From the NCBI GenBank assembly GCA_977017575.1, contig CDRNVI010000059.1:248001-312000 (forward strand): a stretch of DNA of 64,000 nucleotides, read 5' to 3'. The notes beneath the pieces are model-generated. The model searched no databases. It saw only the letters and a list, made by a program, of their open reading frames with translations, and was not told the DNA's origin. A program made the translations under genes and the position numbers. This DNA comes from Paramoeba atlantica (Eukaryota > Protista > Discosea). Below are positions 30,720 to 40,811 of this stretch, piece by piece. Within the stretch, counting starts at the first letter, position 1, and every line of letters begins with the position of its first letter.

Positions 30720-32645
30720 ATGTTCTCTCGCTGCCTTCGTCGTCTCTGCGCCGTCCCCCTGGACCCCTCCTACACCGCCATGAATTTTCTTCAAACACCC
30801 AAAACGCTTTGCAAAGGGGCAAGAGCGGCCAAGGAGGTCTGCACCCAGCTCTACCAGCTCCTGGAGAAGCCCCTAACGCCGCAGCACCGACACGACGTGC
30901 TGGACTCCATGTCGAACACGCTTTGCTTGGTGCTGGACCCATGTGAGTTTGTGCGGCACATGCACCCGGGGAAGGCGTATAAGGAAGGCGCCCAGGAAGC
31001 GTTCTCAGAGGCCCACACGTTCATGTGTGAACTCAACACCAGCGCGTTTCTCTACGAGCAGTTGTTGATTGTAACCAAGCCTGAGGCGTTTGCCACGCTG
31101 GACTCAGAATCGAAGAAAAATATTGTCCAACTGAAACGGGATATGGAATCCAATGGCATTCACCTCCCCGAGAGTCAGCGTAAAGAAGTGATGGAGTTGA
31201 ATTGTGAGCGCGAGGAGATCGCGGCGCTTTTTCTACAAAAAGAAGGTCAGCAAAATCCCATAGGGACGTTACGGAAGCTGCTGTTGTGTCGTCGGGCCTT
31301 AGCAAAGCGGCTGGAGTTTGATAGTTTTGCGGCGCAACAACTGCGGGGCACGATTCTGGACTCCCAGGAGAAAGTGTGGCACTTTTTATGTGCGGTCTCT
31401 CATAAGTATTGGCCCCAGGCGTTAAAGGAGATTGAATTTCTTCGCACGCTTCAGGGAAATGCGAAACGAACCCAGGAGTTTACAGATGACGCCCGAGCCA
31501 TGACTTCGCATAGCTATCGACGCCGGGAGGATGCTCTTCATCTGGAGGAATACTTTAGCGTGGCGAATTGTTGGAAAGGGATTGAGATTCTGTGTGCAGA
31601 GGTTTTCGGGCTCACGTTACGTGAGCTGCCGATGCCTGTCCATGAGCGGTATCACCCGGAGGTGCAAAAATTTGCCGTGATTCATGACACAGAGGGGTTT
31701 ATGGGGACCATCGTGGTTGATTTGTTTAGCCGCCCGGATAAAGGGTGTCAGGCTGGGCATATGACCGTACAACTGGGTTGTCGCCCACACGCAGGGGTGA
31801 TGGAACAAATTGGAGTCAAGGTCCCTCCTCGACAGTTTCCAATAGTGGTGCTAACCTGCAACGCAGGTAGTGTCTCTCTACCCCAGCGTAATCCCGATGG
31901 TACCTGCAACCGGGAGACCACTCGGATGCACGCCCATGAGGTGACAACGCTGTTTCACGAATTCGGCCACGCCGTGCATAGTATCTTTGGTCAAACTACG
32001 GTGCAGAACCTCGCGGGCACCCGCAGCAGTATTGACTTTGTCGAGACTTTTAGTCAGCTGTTTGAGCTTTTTATCAGCTCCCCACAGTTTGTGCAGCGTT
32101 TCGCAAAGAATATGCAAGGGGAGCCGATTCCTCGAGAAAAAGTGGAGAAATACGCGGAGATACGAAACCAGCTCCGGGCGTGTGACATTATGGATCAAGT
32201 CGTGATGTCGGGGATTGACCAGGCCGTACATGGGCCACAGCCTATCGCGACGTATTTCCCCAAGCCCGGGAGTAGAAAAGGGGAACTTGCGAAACTCGTT
32301 ATCGGCCATTTTGATGATTTTGGGGAGGGCATTTTGGATATGGCAAAGTTGATGGTGCAGATCGGTAAACCACTGAGCCCAATAGTCCCAACCGAAAAGG
32401 GTGTCCTGCGTTCCCTGTCGACCGAGCACATGGCGTCCTATCCTGCGACTTACTACGGTTACCTCTACAGCGCAGTATTTGCACGACGTATCTGGGATAA
32501 GTTTTTTAGTCGCAATCCTCTAAGCCGAGAGGAAGGCGACCGGCTACGTAAAGAGGTACTGAGCTACGGAGCCGCTTGCGATCCACGACAAACTCTACAA
32601 GAATATCTGAAGGAGGATTTGGATAATTTGGAGGTTTGGGTGTGA
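30720..32645 (+). CDS. Mitochondrial intermediate peptidase (M3 metallopeptidase)
   Basis: TLFHEFGHAVHS, NLAGTR..DFVETFSQLFE, YPATYYGYLYS. Confidence 0.92.
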   Translation: MFSRCLRRLCAVPLDPSYTAMNFLQTPKTLCKGARAAKEVCTQLYQLLEKPLTPQHRHDVLDSMSNTLCLVLDPCEFVRHMHPGKAYKEGAQEAFSEAHTFMCELNTSAFLYEQLLIVTKPEAFATLDSESKKNIVQLKRDMESNGIHLPESQRKEVMELNCEREEIAALFLQKEGQQNPIGTLRKLLLCRRALAKRLEFDSFAAQQLRGTILDSQEKVWHFLCAVSHKYWPQALKEIEFLRTLQGNAKRTQEFTDDARAMTSHSYRRREDALHLEEYFSVANCWKGIEILCAEVFGLTLRELPMPVHERYHPEVQKFAVIHDTEGFMGTIVVDLFSRPDKGCQAGHMTVQLGCRPHAGVMEQIGVKVPPRQFPIVVLTCNAGSVSLPQRNPDGTCNRETTRMHAHEVTTLFHEFGHAVHSIFGQTTVQNLAGTRSSIDFVETFSQLFELFISSPQFVQRFAKNMQGEPIPREKVEKYAEIRNQLRACDIMDQVVMSGIDQAVHGPQPIATYFPKPGSRKGELAKLVIGHFDDFGEGILDMAKLMVQIGKPLSPIVPTEKGVLRSLSTEHMASYPATYYGYLYSAVFARRIWDKFFSRNPLSREEGDRLRKEVLSYGAACDPRQTLQEYLKEDLDNLEVWV

Positions 32646-32962
32646 GCGTTTCAGGGGGCTACCTTTCCGTAATCTAATCTACTTTTCTATATTAGAATGA
32701 GTATTTAAAAAATCGTTCAGGAAAAAGTGGGTTTCTTCAAATGATTTTTTCAGCTGCACTCCGTTCAATACATTCCCTTTTTTATACAAATAAGGATACG
32801 AGGAACATTCACTTTTTCAAACCCTTTTCTCCAACACTCTCATAATTTCGTCCTCTCTTTACCCTAATCGTCATCTTTCCCTCTCTTATTTCAAACTTTA
32901 AAACCAAGCTTTCCTTCTTTTTTATCCAACGCTCTCTTCCCTCTCCTCCCTCCCCACTCCCG

Positions 32963-33799
32963 ATGGAAATCGAGTGCAAAGTGATTCTCCCCACCGCCTC
33001 CGACGTCTCCGCCCTTCTCACCCTCCTCGGTCAACCTCTCGCCGAGGAGCGCCAAGAAAACCATTTCTTCGACTCCCCGGACGACTCGCTTCGTAAAAAC
33101 CACAGTGCGCTACGGCTGCGGCGGGTCCACGGCAACCCCCTGGCCGAGTGCTCGCTCAAGGAGGACTCCGAGACCTCCCACGGGACGACACTGCGCTGGG
33201 GGACACGAGCCTCGGTTCCCGAGACTCTCGCGAATGAGATTTTACAACATCCCGATCGTTTGCTATGGGAAGAGGCCGAGACCCAAACCGAGAAACCAAA
33301 AAAGGTACAAAGTACGAATAAAAAAGAGACCGACGTGGAAGGCAGTAAGGAAGCACAGCATGAGGGTAACGAACAACAGGTTGAAAAGGACAGTCTGAAG
33401 CAGAAGCGTAGTATGGCTGCCGTGCCTACCCAGAATCCGGTCAGCACGGTGTTACGTTCCAAGTACCAGATCGAGACGCTTCACTACCTTGGGGGGTTTC
33501 GTAACTACCGTCGGGTGTTTGCGTACCCCAATCCGGTGGTCCAGCCCCACGGGTTGTTAGTCAAGCTCGATGAGGTCACGTTCCCGTTTCACACTTCCCT
33601 GTTCGAGGTGGAGGTCTCCGGGATTGTGGTCCCGATGGGAGATGTGTTGGAGGAGTTTTGTACACGGCTCCAGGAGGCCAACGTGGGGTATCGTAAAAGT
33701 GAGGGGTCGAAATATGAAACGTTTGTCAAGGGAAAGGCGAACGCCATGATGTCGTGTGATATTCGGAACACGGAGACGTCGCAAGGGGCAACGAAATAG
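32963..33799 (+). CDS. CYTH / triphosphate tunnel metalloenzyme
   Basis: MEIECK (ExExK), QENHFFD, ALRLR, LDE, FEVE, SKY. Confidence 0.9.
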   Translation: MEIECKVILPTASDVSALLTLLGQPLAEERQENHFFDSPDDSLRKNHSALRLRRVHGNPLAECSLKEDSETSHGTTLRWGTRASVPETLANEILQHPDRLLWEEAETQTEKPKKVQSTNKKETDVEGSKEAQHEGNEQQVEKDSLKQKRSMAAVPTQNPVSTVLRSKYQIETLHYLGGFRNYRRVFAYPNPVVQPHGLLVKLDEVTFPFHTSLFEVEVSGIVVPMGDVLEEFCTRLQEANVGYRKSEGSKYETFVKGKANAMMSCDIRNTETSQGATK

Positions 33800-34374
33800 G
33801 GAAGGGGTCTACCGATTTATGGGACAATGATCTGGATAGGAAAAATAAAGAGGAGGCTTTTCAAAGATTTTGCAGAGAGTCTGTATTATACTTTTTATGT
33901 GAGAAAAAAGGTACGGAAATAGTTGAAGAACACTATATTTTTTTGGAGAAACGAGTTTGTTTCTTTTTAAAATTGGCGTTACAATGCACAAGAAATATCA
34001 AAGCGCACAACGAAGTTGCGTGCTTCTACATCAAGCTTCTATGTACTGTATGTGTTGCACCGGAGATACACATGAGCTTGTAGATCTTGGTGACATCATT
34101 TTGCAATGTATCAAACGCCAGAATGTTCTTGAAGGAAGCATATTAAACAAATAATACGCTATAGCACATATTTTATGTCCATGTTTCAATGTTTGAAATA
34201 GGAGTATGTTATAACTGCTTTATACAGGCGGGGGCACGGAAACGGACAAGGTCCGCATTTTAGTGTCCTGGTGCCGTTTGAGCTATTTTTTGTTGCAAAC
34301 GAGAGATCTGGTTCTGAACATCGTGTCTACGCTATTTAGAGCTCGTTTCTACTAATTATATTTTAATTAATTTC

Positions 34375-34434
34375 CACGCCCCTCCTAACGTTGCTTTTTA
34401 CCAAAACCGGGTAACACTAGGATAGGAGGGGAGT
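34375..34434. mobile_element. Right-end fragment of the TAGCGTTGC MITE family
   Basis: CCTAACGTTGCTTTTTACCAAAACCGGGTAACACTAGGATAGGAGGGGAGTA aligns with 13443-13496. Confidence 0.7.
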
Positions 34435-34877
34435 AAATAAATTATGAGCATACTTTCTAAACCACTGACCGGATTAATGTTTTCATAGGCTCGTAGTATT
34501 TCTACCAGAAATATCAAGTGTCCCAATGGTGCTTAATATTACTACCCCCTGCTCGACGACTACCCGCATCTCTACTTCAGCTCCATACATTTTCGACCCA
34601 TAAATTCAAAATAAAATTGTGCTTTTCATGTTAGAATGAAGTTAAATGCATGAAAAGACCCAAAAATAGAAACAAACGACCATAAAAGGAGCGACGTTTT
34701 TTGATCGTTTTGTTTCTAATTTTTTAATGTTCCTATACCTCGTAATATTACCATACACTCTTAATATTCCTTCCAGGAATATTAACCCGGACAGTGTCTT
34801 ATATTCGAAGTAAAATTGTTTAGTATCTCATAAGTCACAAAACAGTTGCAATAGACAGCGAAACAATTATTGTTTTT

Positions 34878-36160
34878 ATGGATATCGATTCATCAACCAC
34901 GAAGCTTGGAAAAGCAAAAGGCTGCTTACTTCCTATCGAATATAATCTTGTCCGCGTCTTTGAGAAAATAAGAAATCGCGATCCCTCATGGAGTTTGGAA
35001 AATCCGCCATGTATGTGGTCAGGATTTGAATGCAACGCAGAACAACAGCTTATTGCGTTTCGCTGGAATGAATATTATTCTCTTGACGGACCATTGATGT
35101 GGGAATTCGTGCCGACTACACTTCAGACTATTAGTATCAGTTGTACCTTACTTAGTGGCAGTATACCGTTTGAACAACTTCCTCCAAGGTTGGAAGATTT
35201 AAGCCTCTACAGTAACAAACTTGTAGGCAGTATTGATCTGACTAGGTTGCCTGTGACACTCTTCAACCTTTCTGTACCTTGTTGGTACTTTTTCCTTAGT
35301 TAATCCTTTCTTTCCCCGGCAACGGGCATACTCTTACTGTATTTTTATGCCCGTTGCCGGCCGGAACTAAGGTCGGAACTGTCCCTCTTGTCGCTGAAGC
35401 AGGGGACGCGCTTTCACCCCTTCACCCCTCCCCGACTCACTACCCTGGAGTGAGTGTGCTTCCCCCTCTCGGCTTTTTTCGACTTGTCTTTTTCCTCTCC
35501 GAGAGGGACATGCGTCACGGTGGCCTCCCTTGAGGACCACTAGACGTGTCCTCCGCCGACGAGACTCGGTTCTCTGCACCTGGCGGTCGCCCAGCTCTCC
35601 GCACCTCGGCTCTGTCGCAGCTCTCTGCACCCGGATTGCCCCCGAAACTGTAATATGGGGATTACGCATCCGGCTCTCTGCACCTGCACATGACAACCGA
35701 GCTCTCTGCACCTGGGACGTCAGCTCTCCGCACCCGCACACCTCCGGCGAGGACGAAACCTCACGTGATCCACCCGTCGTATGCGGGATAAGGACATGGT
35801 GAGTAAATCTCTGCACTATAAGTGCATGATAAAACAATGTGTTCAAACTCCTTCTCCGGAGCGGTAGTGTTGAACGCTCTTCCTCCTCGGCTATGCCAAC
35901 TGGACTTATCTGGAAACGATTTCTCGGGTGCACTTGATTTACGAAACCTTCCCGCTTCATTATCCGAACTCTACTTGCACAACAACAAGTTTGGGGGATT
36001 CTTACACTTTGACAGGCTTCCAGTGGGTTTGAATGCTCTTACGTTGGGAACGAATGAGAATTTGACAGGTACCATTGATGCTGCGCTGCTTCCCGCATCA
36101 CTCCCTATCGGCGACATTGACTACAGTGAGACTGGAATTCAACTTCTACTCGAGGGATAA
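34878..36160 (+). pseudogene. LRR gene split by a ~563-bp insertion
   Basis: Joining 35272 to 35836 gives RLPVTLFNLSMCSNSFSG, an exact LxxLxLxxNxF repeat in one frame. Confidence 0.88.
35269..35836 (+). mobile_element. SL-RNA-headed SINE-like element, copy A (5'-truncated in the SL exon)
   Basis: Begins TTTCTGTACCTTGTTG/GTAC; colinear with 39118-39390 and shares the terminal hairpin + TGATAAA; interrupts an LRR ORF. Confidence 0.75.
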
Positions 36161-36270
36161 TACTCTTAATAGTTCATGAAGATGTTTCCATACGAGTAAA
36201 GGAAGAACTTACAATTTCTTTCAAATTTCGCGAATATAGAAAATCTTATACTACAGATATAAATTTGGCA

Positions 36271-37112
36271 TACAGTCAGCAAAAAAAAACCTTTCGAATG
36301 TTTTGATTTTTTTTCTTTTGTATACAGCCATTGATTAAATATCACTGTTGCGCTGGTAATGTGTGCTAAGTAGTGTAGGCATGAGTGTCATCCAACAGCA
36401 CCCATAGATAGTTCACCTCAGTTCGTTCTACCCAAGAATTAAGAATGAATTTAAAAAAATGTAGCCTTCGAAAGGTTTTTTTGCCTAACATAAACCAAAC
36501 CTAACATAAATCACGTACCCGCAAGACCCCTAGCAAGATACAGTTTCTGTACCTTGTTGGTACATTTTGCTAGCCCTTCCTTTCTTTTCCCGGAAAACTT
36601 CCGACCACACAACTGGAGACCAGTTGTGCGCTGTCCAGTGCTCATGGGCCGTGGCAAAGTCCATCCGAAGCTTGCGATGGCGCTTGGACAGGTAGAGCTT
36701 TCGGACACGCTTTCTACCTTTGTGTCCGAAACGGTGCATCGAAACTCGGATAGACTGAGGAACAACATCGGCAACGCTCTCGAGGCGCAGCTGAGATGAA
36801 ACCTCTCGCGCAGAATTGCCAGAGAACACAAGTCGTCGCACACGGCGTGTGCACGGCTCGGAAAGCTTTCGAGGGCGTCCACCCTGCAGAGAGTATCAGG
36901 CCTTTCTTGTTTTAGTATCATAGAAATTGTTGAGATGCTTAAGTTAACTGTATCAGAGATGGACCTCATAGACACGCCGCTGTCGTACTATTAGGTGACA
37001 CTCATGCCTACACTACTAGCACACATTACCAGCGCACCGATGATACTTATTCAATGACTATATACAAAAGAAAAAGAATTGAAACATTCGAAAGGTTTTT
37101 TTGCTGACTGTA
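36271..37112 (-). mobile_element. Internally deleted Tc1/mariner transposon
   Basis: TA|CAGTCAGCAAAA ... TTTTGCTGACTG|TA; ~125-bp imperfect TIRs; frameshifted transposase (SMRSISDTVNLSISTI HTH; GRKRVRKLYLSKRHRKLRMDFATAHEHWTAHNWSPVVWSE) broken before the DDE core. Confidence 0.92.
36535..36596 (+). ncRNA. SL-RNA-like fragment (exon 3' part, GT donor, intron start) inside the Tc1 element
   Basis: 62 bp identical to 39109-39170. Confidence 0.75.
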
Positions 37113-37541
37113 CATGTGCACCTGCAGGTACGCCTGAGAATTATTTTTTACCCGAGAATTATTTTTCTTAAAGTTCCATAATGAATGGGGATTTCAAAAA
37201 ATAATAGAAAAGTTTTTATTGGGTTAGAATACGTATGGTGCACTAACTGTAAACAAACTGCGATAAGAATGGCGGTATACTGGTAGAGCTGTATGATATA
37301 AAGGGCTACATGTACTGAGAAACACAGGTCTTCGAAAGCTAAACCACAGAAAATAAAGCTTATGTTAATGCATTTCGGTTTTCGTTTAATAAGCAGTTTG
37401 CAAGCCAAAGTGGGAACAGAAGAATACTTTCCACATGGCGAATACATGATGTAGAACAGCGAGAATATGTTTTTTTCTTTCCTTTCTTTCTTTCTTTCTT
37501 TTCACTGTAGTTGGTACTTTCTTTCCCCTCATCGATTACCC

Positions 37542-38135
37542 ATGGGACTTTTCGACTGGTTCTGGGACCTCCTCTCCTATCTCGGCTTTGGCGGCAAGGA
37601 GGGGAAGATTTTATTCCTTGGCCTAGACAACGCTGGCAAGACCACGCTGCTGGGGAAACTCACCACGGATGAGATCCACATCCACCGACCCACACTTCAC
37701 CCGAATGTCGAGGACCTCGCGCTTGGGGGAATTAAACTCAAGACATTTGATCTTGGAGGACACGCCGAGGCCCGACGTCTGTGGCGGGATTATTTCACGC
37801 AGTGTGACGCTGTGGTGTTTATGATTGACGCCGCGTGCCCGGAGCGCTTTCCGGAGGTCCGCGCGGAGCTGGAGCAGCTGCTGCAGGCCGAGGAGCTTCT
37901 AACGGCCCCGTTCCTACTTCTGGGGAATAAAATCGACATGGTACATCGTGCGGTGAGTGAGGAGAGTCTGAAACAGGCGCTGGGAGTTACGGGGTTCACG
38001 ACCGGAAAAGCAGTAGGTGTGGTCTCGAAAAGGAGCGGGATACGTCCCGTTGAAGTTTTTATGTGTAGTGTGGTGAAACGGACCGGGTACGGGGATGGGT
38101 TTCGCTGGCTGGCGCAGTATTTAAAAAACGTGTAG
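37542..38135 (+). CDS. SAR1: COPII small GTPase Sar1
   Basis: MGLFDWFWDLLSYLG, GLDNAGKTT, FDLGGH, GNKID; ATG at 37542 follows the pyrimidine tract and AG. Confidence 0.97.
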   Translation: MGLFDWFWDLLSYLGFGGKEGKILFLGLDNAGKTTLLGKLTTDEIHIHRPTLHPNVEDLALGGIKLKTFDLGGHAEARRLWRDYFTQCDAVVFMIDAACPERFPEVRAELEQLLQAEELLTAPFLLLGNKIDMVHRAVSEESLKQALGVTGFTTGKAVGVVSKRSGIRPVEVFMCSVVKRTGYGDGFRWLAQYLKNV

Positions 38136-39090
38136 TGCGGTGGGGAAGTGAGTAGGTCTGGAGATAGGGGGTAAATAGCGGGAAGAGAATCATTGGTCAG
38201 GCTTTCCGGAGTGTTTAAAGGAGGCACCCGGAGTCAAGGTATAAACATACGAACCGACTTGCGCTGAACAATGAGTTGTTAATGTTGCTATTTTATGCTA
38301 ATTGGGTTTTATACATGTGCTTAATTTTATTTGGGTCTCTTTTTATATCCAACGTTGTGAGAACGTCGCTTGTTCCTGGGTTTGTTTTTATAATCTAGTG
38401 GCTTCGTTAGACGCGGTGATTGTTTTCAACGTAGAAGTCATTGCAGCTACGCGTTTCGTTGGGAAAATTACCTCCACCTGAACGGAGTGACTAAAACATG
38501 GGCAAGAGAAGCGGAACCACGGGTATTTGAGCCAAAAGTAGGATCAAAGTTAGTATTGTTAAGGAATCGAAGTATCGATTCATATTGCCCTTTTGGGCAG
38601 GTGAACATACATAACATACCCTTATGGGTCTCAGGGGTCCGGACCCACCCGGTCCCAGGTCCGTGCGTATCCGGACCCGGGCACACCATAGAGACGTTTC
38701 TCATACACCGTTTCTCATACAGAGTGCACATGTATCTCGCGTATCGAGAGTGGGTGAAGTAGTTGAAGGACTTCTGCAGTACTGGTATAATGTAATACAT
38801 TGTACCACTAAGGTTGTTCACTACTAAACTACTACACCACTAAGGTTGCTATACATTGTATAGCACATGTGCATGTTTTCACATTATGGGCATGTTATGG
38901 TGCTACAGGCATGTTAACTTTTTGAACCTTCGTTTGAAAGTGATCGCACAAAAAATGGTATTGACCTTAGTGTGAAATTAAACGCTACAAAACTTTGCTT
39001 TAAACTTTACAGCTTTCGAAACTCACTTACTTCCTCAGGGCTTCCATTATTCCTGACTTGCACTTTTGAAATCCACTTTTGTATAGTGCA

Positions 39091-39688
39091 AACATAGGCT
39101 CCTCCATAAAGATACAGTTTCTGTACCTTGTTGGTACATTTTGCTAGCCCTTCCTTTCTTTTCCCGGAAACGGGCATACATTTTCCTTTTAAATGCCCGT
39201 TTCCGGCTGACGGCTAGCGGAAACTGTCCCTCTTTGTCGTGGACGTAGGGGACGTACTTCCGACTTTTCACCCCTCCCCGGCTCACTCCTTGAGTGAGTT
39301 TTCTTCCCTCCCCGGCTTTCTTCTTCTCGCGCCTGTCTCTTCCCGGGAGCTATGCGCCATGGTGGCCTCCCTTGAGGACCACCGGGCGTGACTCTGCCTC
39401 GCATTATCGCGAAGCAGCGGTCGGTTGCAGTGCGCCCCTCCGGCTGCGTAAAGAGATGGTGAGTTGCCTGGACCACCTCTACCGACTGGGACCGAGTCGG
39501 TTGCAGTACGCCCCTCCGGCTGCATAAAGAGAGGGCGAGTTGCCTGGACCCCCTCTACCGACAGAGTCCGTGTCGAACCCCCTTTGGCGACATCCGTTGT
39601 GGGCGGATTATGTGCCGATGATATCGGCCGTCGCAGTAAGGGGATTATCTCTGCGCCAAAGAGCGCATGATAAACAAATGATAAACAA
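39091..39688 (+). mobile_element. SL-RNA-headed SINE-like element, copy B (longer SL head; could be an SL RNA gene unit)
   Basis: AAGATACAGTTTCTGTACCTTGTTG/GTACATTTTG, four shared stems, internal 76-bp duplication, terminal hairpin, tail TGATAAACAAA-TGATAAACAA. Confidence 0.7.
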
Positions 39689-40049
39689 GCGGGTCTGTTG
39701 GTACAGTTAGGCTTGGTAAATTAATGACGCTGTTGCTCCACGCAGCTACAGCTCCATGCGAACCATCGACTCCAATCTTGTGAATTAAGTGCTGCACGAA
39801 CGCTGCAATTAAGGACAACGAAAGTAATGCACTTCTTAGTAGGTGTAGAAAAATTAATTAGATAATAGTCCATTAGGTAACAAAAGCGAAGTTTTATCGA
39901 AAAAGGAAGAACTACACTATACAGAATTTCGGGGGGAAAAATTCCCTTTTCACCTTATTTCTTTACTATCTAGTAGCATGTGGATGAGAAATTAATTCTT
40001 TGTAGGATTTTCTTCGTCTTAAAATTTAGTTGATGTTCGGGTACTCCAC

Positions 40050-40811
40050 ATGGCAGAGACTTTGCTGCGACAAAATCGCTTAGGAAAAGCGCGAGCCAAA
40101 CTGCCAGACGAATACCATTTAGCTCAATTCCTACAGAAAATTGACAACAAACATCCCTCCTGGACTACGAATACTCCCGTATGCAAATGGCATAATATAG
40201 AGTGTGATGCCAACGGTGAAATTTTTCGAATTAATTGGACAATGCTCTCTCTCGAAGGAACACCACATTGGACCCATCTATCAAATATAAAGTGCATTTT
40301 CATATTCCTTAACAGTAACAAACTACTGGAAGAGATCGTGTTGAAATGGTTACCCCCGAACATTAGACTTTTCAATGGTAGCGGCAACAAGTTTGGTGGC
40401 GGTTTAAATTTGAACGAACTGCCGAAACAGATAGAAAGCCTGCAATTAGATAGCTGCCACCTACGCGGGACCATTTCTCTACACGATCTGCCCCATGGAT
40501 TTCAGTCGCTGCAGTTAGGGCAAAATCAGCTCTCGGGTTGTCTTGACTTTCGAGCGTTACCTGTCTCAATCAACTTGTTGGGTTTCTCATACAACAACTT
40601 TTCAGGACCTGTAGATTTACATATTCTTCCATATTACATCCTTTTATGGTTAGACAACAATCCGAATCTCTGCGGAGAGTTTGATCCAATACGCTTCGAA
40701 CGCAGCATTAACACTTATGGTACACAAATCAAGAAACTCCCGCCTCGCGGTTCTTATAGTTGCTTTTTGTCTCTGCGATACGTTTTTGATTCCGATATCT
40801 GGAGGTTTTAG
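40050..40811 (+). CDS. LRR family protein
   Basis: RLGKARAKLPDEY motif, PSWTTNTPVCKWHNIEC cap, LRR repeats. Confidence 0.87.
   Translation: MAETLLRQNRLGKARAKLPDEYHLAQFLQKIDNKHPSWTTNTPVCKWHNIECDANGEIFRINWTMLSLEGTPHWTHLSNIKCIFIFLNSNKLLEEIVLKWLPPNIRLFNGSGNKFGGGLNLNELPKQIESLQLDSCHLRGTISLHDLPHGFQSLQLGQNQLSGCLDFRALPVSINLLGFSYNNFSGPVDLHILPYYILLWLDNNPNLCGEFDPIRFERSINTYGTQIKKLPPRGSYSCFLSLRYVFDSDIWRF

Noticed and set aside
34279-34350. Short matches to 41372-41402 and 60645-60662
   Set aside because: Real but under 35 bp with no definable boundaries; unclassifiable repeat debris.
35367-35960. 197-aa minus ORF, and the 39189-39670 ORFs, as element-encoded proteins
   Set aside because: Frames are not conserved between copies A and B; conservation follows stems, not codons.
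37504-37530. TGTAGTTGGTACTTT before SAR1 resembling the SL junction
   Set aside because: Only GTTGGTAC matches; it is better explained as acceptor AG plus 5' UTR.
39697-39710. TGTTGGTAC just after copy B as a possible target-site duplication
   Set aside because: Only 9 bp and offset from the tail; cannot be told from chance without more copies.
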